Source of the DNA: the human T2T-CHM13v2.0 reference genome, Homo sapiens
DNA: 64,000 bases
Assembly (NCBI RefSeq): GCF_009914755.1
Contig: NC_060935.1
Direction: 5' to 3' (one strand)
The notes beneath the pieces were generated by a model. The model was not told the DNA's origin and did not search any database. It saw only the letters and a program-made list of their open reading frames with translations. Made by a program: the position numbers and the translations under genes. This document shows, piece after piece, positions 1 to 14,267 of the stretch (within the stretch, counting starts at the first letter, position 1; each line of letters starts with the position of its first letter).

Positions 1-690
1 CACTGTCCTAGTTTTAAAAGTCAGTTATTGGTAGTTAATACTGTGTTCTGTGGTTGACTTTAAACTTATTAATGACCCTGTCAGAAAGATGCCGGGAGAA
101 GAAGAGAGAAGAACCCCCCTAAGTCCCATTGGTTTACTTTTCTTGACACAGATAATATATTTCCAAACAAGTGACCTTCTGTGTGTGTGATGTCCTAGCC
201 CAAAAGAGGTCATTGTGGCCGCCCTACCTGCTGCATAGGGATTGTGATGACAAAATTAGGAGACACTGAAATTCTGAAAATTTATAATCAAGCTGTATTG
301 TAACAGTCGAGGATTGGTAAACAAATTATAATGCCACATCTTAGTGGAGATAATATGCAACCTTATCCAATATGGAAAAATGATTTTGCTATGTTAAAAG
401 AGAAAAGGCAGTGCGAAGTTGGATGTGCATTGTGATCACAGGTCTGTCCAGCAAGCAAACCAAAGCTTTTCCAAGAACATCATCTGGAAATAAAATTTAC
501 CACAGTATGAGTCATGGTTTTCTTGATGCGGTGGGATGTGCACGTGGTCAGGGCAGAGGGAGGAATGGAATTCTTCTTCTTTTCTTTCTATTTTTCCATC
601 TTTTCTAAATTTTCTGTAATGATCATGTAAACCCAGGTTAAAAAGAAGTGAAAGTGAAATTCTATTACTTTTAAAATGGGGAGGCAGAGA

Positions 691-992
691 GGCCAGTTGC
701 GGTGGCTCACGCCTGTAATCCCAGCACTTTCAGACGCCAAGGCAGGTGGATCTTTGAGGTCAGGAGTTGGAGAACAGCCTAATCAATATGGTAAAACCCC
801 GTCTCTACTAAAAATACAAAAAATTTAGCCAGCCATGATGGCGGGTGCCTGTAGTCCCAGCTACTTGGGAGGCTGAGGCAGGAGAATTGCTTGAACATGG
901 GAGGCGGAGGTTGCAGGAGCCGAGATTGCGCCACTGCACTCCAGCCTGTGCGAGGAATGAGACTCTGTCTCAAAAAAATAAATAAGTAAAAT
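691..992 (+). mobile_element. Alu (AluS-like)
   Basis: Dimeric Alu, A-tail, TSD aaaatggggagg(c/g)agag on both sides. Confidence 0.95.
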
Positions 993-1894
993 AAAATGGG
1001 GAGGGAGAGGTATCAGCTTTATTTTTAAACCTGATTCCACAAAAGATTACCAACAAACTTTTTTAAAAAAGAAATAGCTGTGAAAGAGCTTTGAAAGTTA
1101 AAATGCTTCTATCAGTGCAGTCAACAGAATCTTCTATTTGCTGGCATCACTTCAAGGCATGGCAATTTGATTCTATTGACTGGTGCATTTCGTTTTAAAA
1201 AGCCCCAAGAGGAATCACGTTAGGCAAGAAGGTCCCAGGTGCCAAACTTCAGCACTTAGGGCCGTGGAAGGGTTTGGCGCCTAAGTGGGTTGGGTGTGGG
1301 TGGATGCTTCAGCATAGCTGTGGCTCTTAGTCCATCTCTTTTGACCTTCTGGGAACGGAAGCCTGACGGGTCTTGGTGATTTAGAGCCGTGCTCAGTAAT
1401 GTTTGCCAAAACAGCCCTGGAGAGAGACACATCATCAAACTCTGAAGAATGAGGCAGCTCTGTGGGCCCCAGTCTTCTCAGACCACTCTGGGAGAGTGGA
1501 GCCCGCCCCAGATCTGGAGATGGAGGAAGACTGACTCCTTCCCACGTGGTGCAGAGAGCCTCGGCTCTGGAGTCCCAGGGCTGAGTCACACTAGGCTGCA
1601 GAATAACTCTTGGTGTGACCTTGACTAAGCCAGCCCTTGCCCTCTCTGAGCTCTGGTTTCCTCATTGGTAAAATGGAGATAATCTTGATTCTCTATCTCA
1701 CAGGTACTATGGAAGAACAAGGTGAGGTGATAGATATGAAAATATCCTGCCAACTATGAGGCATGCACAGATGTTTGAGATTCTGACAATCCATGATTTG
1801 CAGGGATTTCTGAGTGCTGACTGGAACCCTGGTCCTCTGAGCAAAACTTTGATGGCATCTATGCCTAGCCTGGACTGAACAAATAATGATAATA

Positions 1895-2130
1895 ATAACA
1901 GCAACAGTAGTAACACTTTTTGACCACTATGTGCTGTATAAGCACTATTCTAAGGACTTTACGCGTATCAGCTCATTTTAACCCTTAAAACCATTCGTGA
2001 GGTAAGTACTGTAATTATCCCCATTTTACAGATAAGGAAACTGACACACAGAGATGTTAAGTAACTTGTCCAAGGTTACTCAGTTAGCAAATGGAGAAGT
2101 GGGATTTGAATCCAGCCAGTCTGATTCTAG
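1895..2130 (-). mobile_element. MIR SINE (a + strand MIR fragment also lies at ~1570-1760)
   Basis: Core ccccattttacagataaggaaactga...gtaacttgtccaaggttactcag. Confidence 0.8.
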
Positions 2131-3600
2131 GGCCTGATCAAAAGCTGCAGATATTTTTCTCTGACATACAAGGGAGAGGAGTTTGGCATCTCCATGAATG
2201 TTTCTTAATTGGTTTCCTTCGTTTATTTTGTTAAAGAGCTATTAGTGATCTAGTTTGCTTTTCTTTAAGTGCTGCCGTTAAGGAAACCTGCCAGTGGGCA
2301 GTGAATAGGACAAAGTGGATTGTCTTGTGACTGTTGTGGGAAATGCAGCCATGCTTATACTGACACCTTGGGAAGATTTTCTTCTCCCTCAGTGTTTCCA
2401 GCAGTCAAAGAAAGGGACACTGCTGATTGAGAAAGAACCACCACTGTGGCTGGATTACAAGAGTAGTTTTGAGCAAACCAGGAAGCAATCCAGGGCAGCA
2501 TTGAACCTGAAGGGAGAGTACTCCTTAAGTAGCAGACTCTGGGGTCTGTGATAAAAGCATCATGACCAGGGGACTGATATAGCCCTAGGCCTGATGGGGG
2601 AGAGGTTCAGACAGGAGGTAACAGCAGAAGGGGAGCCGGATCAGTACATGTGCACTTCCTTGAGGTTAAAGTTCTGTTTGCTACATGGCGGGAATAATTA
2701 GAGTGTAGCAGCATCACAGCCCGGGTCTGAGTCTTGTGTACAAGAACTGAGAATGATAAACTAGCAGCGCGAAGAGCCTCAGGAAGACAGAGGCCTGAAC
2801 AATCTGTCATTATGCATGTGGTTCCTGAGATGTGGGGAGTCTCAGGAGGCAGTTTGCACTGTTTTTTGACATTAGTCAATAACAGGTTCTGTGTGTCCAA
2901 ACCTGGCTAAGCACTTTCTTAATTCCTTTTATGTTTCACAGTGATAATAAACTGCTCTCTGATGCGTTTAGTTCAAGGCTAAGTTTAACATTCATGGGAT
3001 TCTATGCAAATTTGCAAAGCACAGAAAAACATTTGATACTTACCCTGCATGTGCATACATGCACGTGATCCTAATTTGTGGAAGTTATTAAGCCTGATAG
3101 CCTTACTGGGGTGACTTGTCACTTTCCTGAAGCTCTGAGAATCATGGTTTTATTTCAGCTTGTCTGGCTCAGACAAGCTTAGTGAAAATGTATGTGTATA
3201 AATTGTGTATTGAATAGGGTTTTGTATGACTACCCATTCTTGTCTCCTTGAGATGGGAGGGATGACTCATTTTAACTTTTTATTATTTTGAGAGTCTTTA
3301 TCTTGCTTGCTTTCACCCTTGTTTCCAACGTAAATCCATCTCTGTTTCCTATCTTTCCTCATCCAGCACCTCCTTAAATTTCTTATCATTTAAGCTACTT
3401 TCCAGCAAAATTCTTTAGACGACTAATTCCCCCTTGTGGGAAATACTGTCGGTCCAAACACAAGGGGATTGTTGGCTTGTCCCTGGTTGGGCAATCATTG
3501 TAAACATTCAGAAAAGGCAGCCAGTTTGGGGCTTGTGCAGCAAACCATTACTGTCTGTCTCCCTCTCATATGTGTAGGATTTACCTTTGCTTTCCACAAT

Positions 3601-3891
3601 TTTTTTTTTGAGACAGAGTCTTGCTCTCTGGAGTGCAGTGGTGTGATCTTGGCTCACTGCAACGTCTGCCTCCCAGGTTCAAGTTATTCTCCTGCCTCAG
3701 CCTCCTGAGTAGCTGGGATTACAGGTTCCCACCACCACGCCCAGCTAATTTTTTTTTTTTTTGTATTTTTTGTAGAGATGGGGTTTCACCGTGTTGGTCA
3801 GGCTGGTCTTGAACCCCTAACCTCAAGTCATCTGCTCCCCCTTGGCCTCTCAAAGTGCTGAGATTACAGGCATGAGCCACCGCACCTGGCC
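3601..3891 (-). mobile_element. Alu (AluS-like)
   Basis: Reverse Alu, TSD gctttccacaattttt. Confidence 0.95.
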
Positions 3892-4402
3892 GCTTTCCAC
3901 AATTTTTTTGAAGACTATTACCGTATTTGTGAGCAAACAGTAATTCATGTCATTTAGTCTAAGTAGAAGAAAGTCATGGTTTTTTGGGGGAAAGGAGAGA
4001 CACTGGGGAGTCAGTGGAAGTTTATTGATAAAAACTAAAATTCTGTAATTTGGCTAGAATGGCTTAGTATTTTTTTTTCTTGAAAAATGGAATTAAAAAA
4101 TAAGAGTACAGCCTGTTTCATAGCAACATTTCAATGCGTTTGCTGGTGTGGTTTTGTTTCTACTCTTGCAAAGCTCTGTTTTCTCTTTAAATAACTTCCT
4201 CCAAGTCTCAGGTGCTATGTTACAATCTTTATTTCATGACTCATTCTCTATGATGTTCCAAACAAACTTACTGACTTGTGCTGCTTTTTGACTGTCTTGA
4301 TGGCAAACTCTCACCATTCTTTAGTCATGATACCTTGTGATCTCCCTTCTTCCTACTCTCCTGCTTCACCATACAACATTCCAAAGCTCCCTGCTTCCTA
4401 CC

Positions 4403-5298
4403 TGTATTAGTTTTCTATTGCTATGTGACAAATCCCCACAAGCTTTGTGGCTTAAAACAACATACATTTATTATCTCACAATTTCCATGAGTTGAGAGGC
4501 TGGACACAGCTTATCTGCACAGGGTCTCACAGGGCTGCATACATGGTATTGGCTGGGCTGTGTTCTCATCTGGAGGCTTGGCTGGGGAAGAATCCACTTC
4601 CAAGCTCACTCAGGTTGTTGGCATAATTCATTTCTTTGTGGCTGCCAGACTGAAGGCTTTGACTTATTTCTGGCTATCAGCTCTAAGAGGCTGTTCATGG
4701 TTCCTAGAGACACCAGTAGTTCCTAGAGGCCACCCACAGTTCTCACCAGCTGGGCTTTCCCATTGTGGCCTCTTACTTTATCAAGGCACCAAGAAGAAGT
4801 CTGCTTGCAATATGCGGTATTATATATGATCATATAATCACAAGAGTTACATCCCATCTCCTATTCTGTTGTTAGAAGAAATCACAGGTTGGCTGGGCAT
4901 GGTGGCTCATGCTGGTAATCTCAGCACTTTGGGAGGTCATGGCGGGAAGATCACTTGAGCCCAGGAGTTCAAGAGCAGCCTGGGTGACATGGCGAAACCC
5001 GTCTGTACAAAAAATACAAAAATTAGCTGGGCTTGGTGGTGCGTGCCTGTCGTCCCAGCTATTAGGGAGGCTGAGCTGAGAGGAACCCTTGAGTCCAAAA
5101 GATTGAGGCTGCAGTAGGCCATGATCACACCTCTGCAGTCTAGCCTGGGTTGGCAGAGTGAGACCCTGTCCCCCCTCCAAAAAAGAAAAAAGAAAAAGTC
5201 ACAGGTTCTCCTCATACCCAAAGAGAGTGGATCACAAAAGGCATGACCACCAGGAGATGGAGATCATGGGGTCACATTAGAGTCTGCCTGACATACCA
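4403..5298. mobile_element. MLT1-type MaLR LTR interrupted by an Alu
   Basis: tgtattagttttctattgct...ggcttaaaacaacatacatttattatctcaca terminus typical of MLT1. Confidence 0.7.
4891..5197 (+). mobile_element. Alu (AluJ-like)
   Basis: Dimeric Alu; TSD aa(a/g)tcacaggtt. Confidence 0.93.
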
Positions 5299-5659
5299 CC
5301 TAGATCAAATTTTTACTTCAGTGCCTTCCTAAAGTGTGTTTTAAGTTCTCTGTAATTTGGTTTTGCCCTATTTCTCCTAATTTATTTTCTCCTTCTCCCT
5401 AATAAACATCAGCTATCTCTCATTTCCTCCTCAAAATTTGTGTTTCTGTCTTATGGCCTTCCATAATGCAACTTTAATTAATACAGATATGTTTTACCTA
5501 ATTAGCGTAGACATAATTCTAAAATCTTATGTATAAAGCAAAATTATTTTTCATTGAAGTGAAGGGTTCTTAACCAATTTTTGGCTTCTGAATCCTTTTG
5601 AGAATCTGATTAAAGCTATAGAGACTCATTTCCCAGAAGTGAGGGACACGACCACACAT

Positions 5660-6175
5660 ATACTATTTCAGTTATTATTACAGTACAACAAGCCACCCCT
5701 GGCTCAGTGCTGTAATACAACAAGCATTTTATTATGCCCATGGTTTTGGGAATTCAGACAGGGCACAGTGCGGATGGCTTTTCCCTGCCTCATGATGTCT
5801 GGGCCTCAGTTGGGACGATTCAGACAGCTGGAGTGATTCAAATGGTTAGGGGAAGAATGGTCTGGAGGTTTCCTCATTCATGTGTCTGTTGTCTGGGCTG
5901 GCATGCCAGGCAGGCTTGGCTCAGCTGGGACTGTGGATTGGAGTGGTCAGGCATAGCCTCTCCACGTGGTGTGGGCTGCTCACAGAGTGGGGGCTGGCTT
6001 CCAGGAGAGAGAGAGGGAACATCCCAAGAGCGAGCATTCCAGGAGACCAAGCTAAAGTGGCTTGGCCTTTGATGATGTTGCTTTGGAAGTCACGTGGCAT
6101 TATTGGTCAAACAGACTCAAGCCCACTCAGATTCAAGGAGAGGGGACATAGACACCACCTCTTAATGGGAGGCAT
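5660..6175. mobile_element. MLT1-type LTR
   Basis: Motifs ctcagctgggactgt, cagattcaaggagaggggacatagacaccacctcttaatgggagg. Confidence 0.6.
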
Positions 6176-7452
6176 AAAGGAGAAAAAACTCAAAACATTG
6201 CATGTGTAAACACAAACTATTTAAATCAATAATAGAATCTGGAACTCTGAGAATTGAAAGGGACCATAAAGGAGGATCTGTTTCCATCTCCCATGCAGGG
6301 CTCAACTCCTCTTTACAACATTCCCGTCGTCTTGAGCCTGGACCACTGCAGGTGTTTTCTAAGCACTCTGCCATCAGCCATTGTCTCTTTCCTGTCTGTT
6401 CTTCATGCCAGGATGGTTTTTCCAAAACAGAAATTTGCTCCTGTGCATCACCTGCTCGCATCCTCCCCACCAAACTAAAACCTACAAAGCTGCAGAGGGA
6501 GGTGATGGCTACTGGAGCAATGGTCCGGCTGTCGCCTCCCTCTGCAGCCTTAATCTTGCCCACCTGCTGTTCTTGATCTAGCTGTGGTTACCTTTTATCA
6601 GTTCCTTGTACTCGTGATGCCTCTTCCTGCCATAGGGCCTTTGCATATGCTTGTTCCTTTATGTGGAATGCTTTTCCCTACCCTCTTTGCTTGGTTAACT
6701 TTTATTCATTCTTTGGATCTTGATAGTCACTTCCTCAGGGATGTGCTTTCTGACCTCCCTGATCAGATCACAGGACTATGGATCTTTCATCTGTAACATC
6801 ATTTTTCATTTGAAAAATGCTGGTGTCCATATCTCCCATAGAACTGTGAGTTCCATGAAGCTGGAGACCATGTATGTTTTTCCTTAAGACGTTGCTTAAC
6901 TCAGTGTCTGGCATACAACAGGCATTTGCAGATGGAAGGTAGAAAAGGAGGGAGGGAAGAAAGGAAGGAAGGAAAGGTGAGATGAGATGAGTGAACCTAA
7001 AATATGCACTTTGGGGAATTTCTAATGGTGGAGAATTCACTGACTTTAAGCCAGCTCATTTGGTTTTCAGTAGTTTTAATAATTAGGGAAATGTTCTGTT
7101 ATTATTAAGTTCTAATCTCTCTCTTTATACCTTCTTCCCAATGTCCCTAGTTCTGTCCCTGGAGCACTAAATAACACATCCAGTTTCTTTTTCACATGTT
7201 TTAGGGAGATTGTGGTTTCTTGAATCAGTCTTTTCAAATGTTTACTGACATAATTAATACCTGCTATAACAGTGAAGGGTAAACTGATACCCCAGGGTCA
7301 GTGACAGGCACAGACATGTCTTTGAAGGCCTTAGTTTTATCTTGGATCAGTCATTTGAATTTTGCATTCTACTCAAGAATGTATATTTATCTTTATATAT
7401 GAGTATGTTTCCCCTAAATCTTTAAATAAAGTTGATACTTTGGAATGATATG

Positions 7453-7828
7453 TGTATTAGTCCATTTTCATGCTGCTGTAAAGACATACCCGAGACTGGG
7501 TAATTTATAAAGGAAAGAGTTTTAATTGACTCACAGATCAGCATGGCTGGGGAGGCCTCAGGAAACTTACAATTATGGTGGAAGGTGAAGGGGAAGCAAG
7601 GCACCTTCTTCACAAGGTGGCAGGAAGGTAAAGTGCTGAGTGAAGTGGGGAGAGCCCCTTATAAAACCAGATCTCGTGAGAACTCACTCACTATCCTGAG
7701 AACAGCGTGGAGGAAACTGCCCCAATGATTCAATAACCTCGACCTGGTCTTTCCCTTGACATGTGGGGATTATGAGGATTACAATTCCAGATGAGATTTG
7801 GGTGGAGACACAAAGCCTAGCCATATCA
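7453..7828 (-). mobile_element. Solo MaLR LTR (THE1D/MSTA-type)
   Basis: tgtattagtccattttcatgctgct...ccatatca; 5-bp TSD ATATG on both sides. Confidence 0.9.
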
Positions 7829-10800
7829 ATATGCTTTTTCAGTCATGAAGTTTTGAGTACCACCAGGGATCTCCTCACTCCAGTGTGCAAATGGGGACTC
7901 TCCCTTTATTAACCGTTTTCCTTTTTATAATGTAAAACACCTCCAAAAAGATCATGTACTAGCACGTATCAGTTTCTTAATGTTTTTCTTAAGATGTGAC
8001 ACTCAGAAATCATCCCAGCTGACCAGGTATGCGCTGAGTAGGGCAGAGAATGGTGAACCTGATCCCCTTGAAAATCAACTAATTTTTAAAAATTCAACCT
8101 ATAATGGTGGTTATCTCTGGGGAGAAGAAAGACAGAGGGAATCCAGAGAGATACCAGGGACAGGGCTCTAAAAATATTGACTCTGTTGTTAAGCTAAGAG
8201 GCACATGAGTGTTGATTTCCTATAGATATTATTTTCTAAATATAGATACTTCCATATAGATATTTTACATGTAGATATTATTTTCTAAGTATGAACTATT
8301 CTTCTAGTTAAAGAGTAAAAAAAATTAATGTAACCTAAGGATTTGTCATTTCCTTGCCGGCCTATATTTCTCTTTTAGTTCATAAGGAACTCTAGTCAAC
8401 TCTGCCTACAGATAGCATAGGCTATTCTTAAAGGGAAGTGCCCCCGTCCTGTTCCTGTCTAGGTAATTTTTGGACTAAGGGCAAGCCTTTCTGTTTAATC
8501 CTAATATATGTCTTCCTTTAGTAATAATTTCAGTCTGTTGACATGTCTTTGAAACATGTTTTTCTGAAATTCTTCAAATCAGTTCTTCTGAATTTGGCAT
8601 CATTTGGTAATTCAGTGAACATGCTTTCTCCCTTGGCTTTATGTGGATCATTGAGCATTTTTTTTTAAGTCAGTCAATTCTGAGGTTAAATATTTCTGAG
8701 AAATATCCCAAACATATTGCAGCAGTCAAATATGTTTGAGAAATATTGGCTAAACAAAGTTTAATTAAACCATCCAATATCCTATTTATTAATTTTTTAC
8801 TATATACCTCTTATGTTTTCTTGACTATGAGAGTTTTCTGAGCCTTTATTTACATGATGATGGGAATATGCCCACATAAATTCCAAATCTACTCTGGTAT
8901 CACTTTCTGAATAGGTTAGGGTAAGGTAGATTATGTTTCAATGACAACCTCCAAATTGCAGTGACATAAAATAGCAAAGGCTAACTTCTTGCTTGTGCTA
9001 CCTATATATCCTTTGTCAGCAGAGTCCATAGGGGATGCAGGCTGGTGAACCAGCAAACACTTTGAACATTGCTACTTTCTTCTTTCTCTTCTTTCTTTGC
9101 CTCCTCCTTCTGTTTTTCAGTAGCAACTTCCTGAAATATGTTGCTAGGTTTTGTTTCTTTTTGTTTTGTTTTGCTATGGAGAAAGAAAGTTCCGGAGAGT
9201 CTTCCTCCAGCACTTAAATGTTCTAGCCCAGAAGTGACACTTGTCATTTCTGCTTACAAACTCATTGGCTGGAACTAGTTACATGGCCCCCATCAACCAC
9301 AGAAGTATCCAAGACGTTCAGTCCTCCCATGGGCTTAGAAGTGGGAGAGCCGGAAAGATATGGTCAGCATCATTAATGACTTTCACATGTGAATGTCAAG
9401 CACTTCTCAAGATTGTTCATAGAAACTTTTCTTCATGAGACATTTGGAATACTGTGTTTCATAGGAGCTATCTTGGGAAACACTAGTTTCTAGTGTGGAA
9501 AACAACAAGGTCCAGTAGAAGCAAATCCACTAGAGACTGCCTTTCTTCACTTCAGCATGGAGTTTTCCATCAGTCTCTCTTGGCCGTGGTCATTCAGTCA
9601 GTTACAGATCCCTTGGTATTAGCCCCTATTCCTCCATCCTGTTTGCAGAATTTTTTTGTGTGTGTGTGTGAAAGAGTTTGCAAAACTTCCTGCTGAAAGC
9701 AAAAGCTGCTCAGCCTGTAGCATCCTTTTCCTGAGTTACAAGGCTATGTAACTGAAACAAGATGAATTTGTTTTGATTCTGAATCCATAAGTTGGACTCA
9801 TGGTTGAATCCATTTAAACAAAGGTACAAAAGAAGAAATCCTACACAGATTTCACCTGACATCCACATAAAAGTGGATTCTAAAGTTTAACTGAAAAATA
9901 CAAAAATGCAAAAGTACCTTATACAGATGTTATATTTACCCATATAAGTAACCAGATAAGACTGCATGCAAAGTGTGAAATTGAGGCTATCTAGGAGATA
10001 AGCAACATGAACAGGGAGGATTGAGGCATGAAAGCAGCATCCACCTTCTGTGTAAAATTGCAAGTGTCTGAGGGGGGAATACCTCCTTAGGCTGCATGTG
10101 GTAACATAGAAACACAATTTCCATTGCAAACCATGAAGCAGTTCCTAAGGAGGGCATGCATTTTAATGAAATACTATGCAGACTTTAGTGTCTTGGAGCT
10201 ATATATGCATTTTATCACTTATTTCTATTTGAGGTGGGCCAGTGGAGGCCAGAGGGAGCTTTGGCTCTTCAGAAAGCACCCCAATGATCCTGATCTGGTG
10301 ATCAGGAGACAGTCAGGCTGAGCTGGGCATATGATTACGGCCTGCCTAGGAGATGGAGTTGGTTTCTCTTATAAAATCAAGTCAACAAACCTGATGTAGT
10401 ATTGGCTTATACCCTGATGAGTTCTAAAAATGATGTAAGGCCAATTTCTTGGGTATCCGTAAACCCCAAGAATGGGGAATTTTAAAGAAAAGGAAGAATG
10501 AGAAAGGAATTTTTCAGAATATTGCCTAATTCAGAGTGAACTTCTAGCTTTCCAAGAGTTGTTTCCTCGCCTCCTTTTTAGCGGAGGTCACCAGCTTATG
10601 CCCTGCCTCCTTGTCTGTCTGCCTGTGGGGCCACACATGAGTGTTGATATTTCTGGCCTCTGCAGGTGCTTATAGTGACACCAGGCCCTGTGAGAAGTGT
10701 CTCCTTCCTGGTTTTTCTTTCTGAAATAGCCTAATCTGAAAGAAAATCTCCTTTGCTATTTGACATGGCATGAATGATAGCACCTGGAATCCTTTTAAAT

Positions 10801-11302
10801 CCAGGAAGATAAATATGTTTCATTGGAGCCATCTTTCCAAACGCAGACAACCTCAAATATTTCATATGAGATGCCTCAGGGTCCTAAAAAAGATTCGTGC
10901 TTGAATACACAGTTCTTCTTTAGTTTCGTGCATTTTGGTTTCCTGGATGAGGTTGTTTTGGTGTCATTGGCCATGGCAGTTGACCACATTCAGCTTTGCA
11001 AGTTTCACAGTCCACGCCTTGTAGGTGGTACCAAAACAATTTTTTAATACACAAGTATTTTCAACATCTTGCCTTAAGCATCACTTCATCAGAAACTGCT
11101 TCCCACCAACCCTGCCCTGTAGGTTCACTGCAACATTTTCCTACTTGATATTATGTAATTTGTTGTTTGACTCTGTTTCCTGAGCCTTCTGTGATGGGTC
11201 CGGGCAGAGCCTGTCTTGCACACACCTTTGTCTCCAGCACCTGACCACAGCAGGCACTTCATGAGCATCCAACACCTGACGGCCTGATATTTTGTTTCAC
11301 AG

Positions 11303-13837
11303 GAACAGACAATCTACAGATGAATGTCACCCGGACTCCAGAGTCATTTCCTCCCGGGAAATTGTTACCAATTTCACCAACATGGCCTTTCACAGAAGTC
11401 AGGTCTTCCTCAGCAGCAGACAGAATCAAGACCGTGCTGGGACAGTCCTCTGACAACACAAGCTTGCCACAGTCAGCCCGAACCCCTGCGTCCAAGACAC
11501 ACCACAGAACTAGGGCTCACGCGGACTTCTCTTCTTCCCTTTACCAAGGAAGCGGACATAGCGCCTCCCTCGAACCTTCCAAGGATTCTACCGAGTCCCT
11601 GGTCCAACCGGGGCCTAAAGGGGGACAAGAAGCAGCCGATGTGTCAGGTTTGCCTCTCACCAGCATGCTCCCCTCGTTGTCCACAGTCCCATCAGGGACA
11701 TCCTTCAGTGCTGTCCCCCCATCCCAGCCAGTATGGGCAGGGACTTCCTCCATTTCAAAGCATCCCCCAAGGTCAGACATTCCCCCACTCCTCCCTCTAC
11801 CTCCATCCTCTTCATTGGCTCCTGACTCACCTCATTCCATCATCTCTGAGCCAGCAGAGCAATCCCCCAAAGTGCTGTTAGTTCCCCAAACAGCTCCAGC
11901 CGACCCCTCTTTAGGTCAGAACATAGCTAATCCCTTAATCCCATTTTCTGATGAAATGGACCACACTGCATCCCAAAATGCCCAGGATCTCATAGGCATC
12001 CCTCATCTAGGTGTTTCTGGATCCTCAACAAAATGGCATTCCGAGCTGTCCCCAACAGAGGGTCCCCATTCAGCAGGCTCATCCACACCTGGGTTTTTGA
12101 GCCCCATGGCAGAACTGTCCCATCCGTCTCCCCCTCCCCCAGCACTTGGAAGTCTTCTTCAGCTTCCAGATGGAAGCCCCTCATGGTCAATGTTGGAAGT
12201 GGCTTCAGGTCCTGCATCCACCCAGCAGATCAAAGCTGGGGTGCCTGGAAGAGTGCACAATGGGGTGTCTTTGCCAACTTTTAAGAATACAGAAACAGCG
12301 ACCCATGAGGCTGAGCCTCCACTTTTCCAGACTGCAGAATCAGGGGCCATAGAAATGACCAGCAGAAAGCTAGCCTCTGCCACTGCAAATGACTCTGCTA
12401 ACCCGCTGCATTTGTCAGCAGCTCCAGAGAATTCCAGAGGGCCCGCCCTTTCGGCAGAACACACCTCTTCTTTGGTGCCTTCTCTGCATATCACCACACT
12501 GGGTCAAGAGCAAGCCATCCTTTCTGGGGCGGTTCCCGCATCACCATCAACTGGGACAGCCGACTTTCCCTCCATACTTACTTTCCTCCAGCCCACAGAG
12601 AATCATGCCTCCCCATCTCCTGTGCCAGAAATGCCCACTCTTCCAGCAGAGGGCAGTGATGGGTCCCCTCCTGCAACTAGAGACTTGCTCCTCTCAAGCA
12701 AAGTTCCTAATCTTCTTTCCACATCTTGGACATTTCCCCGGTGGAAAAAGGACAGTGTGACAGCCATTTTAGGGAAGAATGAAGAGGCAAATGTGACGAT
12801 TCCTCTCCAGGCCTTTCCAAGGAAAGAGGTTTTGAGTCTTCACACTGTAAATGGATTTGTCTCTGATTTCAGCACCGGTAGTGTCTCATCTCCCATCATT
12901 ACAGCACCAAGGACGAATCCCCTTCCTTCAGGACCACCTCTACCTTCCATACTCTCCATACAAGCCACCCAGACTGTTTTCCCATCTCTTGGCTTTTCCA
13001 GCACCAAGCCAGAGGCTTATGCAGCTGCTGTGGACCATTCTGGGTTGCCAGCTTCAGCTTCCAAACAGGTGAGAGCATCGCCCTCCTCCATGGATGTATA
13101 TGATTCCTTAACAATAGGAGACATGAAAAAGCCAGCAACCACAGATGTTTTCTGGAGTTCTCTTTCAGCAGAAACTGGATCTCTTTCCACAGAATCAATA
13201 ATATCTGGCTTGCAGCAGCAAACAAATTATGATTTAAATGGACACACAATTAGCACCACAAGTTGGGAAACTCATTTAGCTCCAACAGCTCCTCCCAATG
13301 GTTTAACTTCAGCTGCCGATGCCATAAAATCTCAGGATTTCAAAGATACTGCTGGGCATTCAGTGACTGCAGAAGGGTTTAGTATTCAGGATCTAGTCCT
13401 CGGTACAAGCATTGAGCAGCCTGTGCAACAGTCAGACATGACCATGGTTGGAAGCCATATAGACCTCTGGCCCACAAGCAATAACAACCATTCCAGAGAC
13501 TTCCAAACAGCTGAAGTTGCATATTACTCACCCACAACTCGACATTCCGTGTCTCATCCTCAGCTACAGTTGCCCAACCAGCCAGCACATCCTCTTTTGC
13601 TAACCTCACCAGGACCAACTTCTACAGGTAGCTTGCAGGAAATGCTTTCAGATGGAACAGATACAGGTTCTGAAATTTCCAGTGACATCAATTCATCACC
13701 TGAGAGAAATGCTTCCACACCATTCCAGAACATCTTGGGATATCACTCTGCTGCTGAATCTTCTATATCGACCAGTGTCTTTCCCAGGACCTCCTCCAGA
13801 GTGCTGCGGGCTTCTCAGCACCCCAAGAAATGGACAG
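11303..13837 (+). CDS. KIAA1549L: KIAA1549L large internal exon (2535 nt, phase 1-1), Ser/Thr/Pro-rich mucin-like ectodomain; alternative 3' end at 13855
   Basis: Acceptor tttgtttcacAG at 11301-11302; open frame (G)[15 protein letters not shown]...HPKKWT (875-aa ORF in track); donors ACAG|GTGCAG (13838) and GCAG|GTAGTT (13856). Peptide [14 protein letters not shown]... recognised as KIAA1549L. Confidence 0.93.
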
Positions 13838-14267
13838 GTGCAGCCACTAATGCAGGTAGTTTGTTTCCCGGTACCCCCAAAACAGGCATGACTGCTTTTG
13901 TGGTCAAAGCATCTTCAAGCTCAACGCAGATACCAGCTTTGCTCTGAAGGAGCTCATACCCCCGATCAGGAATGAGTTAGTAGCCCCAAGTAGTCACCTC
14001 ATTGATCCTGTGCCCACCTGAGCTTTCGAAACTATTCACAATGTAAGCATCCTTGCTATCAACCATAGCTGTGCTGTAAGTGGCATTCTTGTTATGGTTA
14101 ATCAAGTTTATGAGCCTAGAGTTGTTTTGCCTAAGTTCTGTCCACTGCAAGCCCAGATTGCAGAGACTTCACCCTAGCAAATCCATAAGTTACATCCATT
14201 CATCATCAGAACAAGTGACACGTGCATTCCAAGCCAATGACAAACTTTGTTTTTTCTCTCTTTACAG

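Noticed and set aside
8688-8750. Short inverted repeats (caaacatatt/aatatgtttg)
   Set aside because: 10-bp AT-rich stems, plausibly chance or a decayed DNA-transposon remnant
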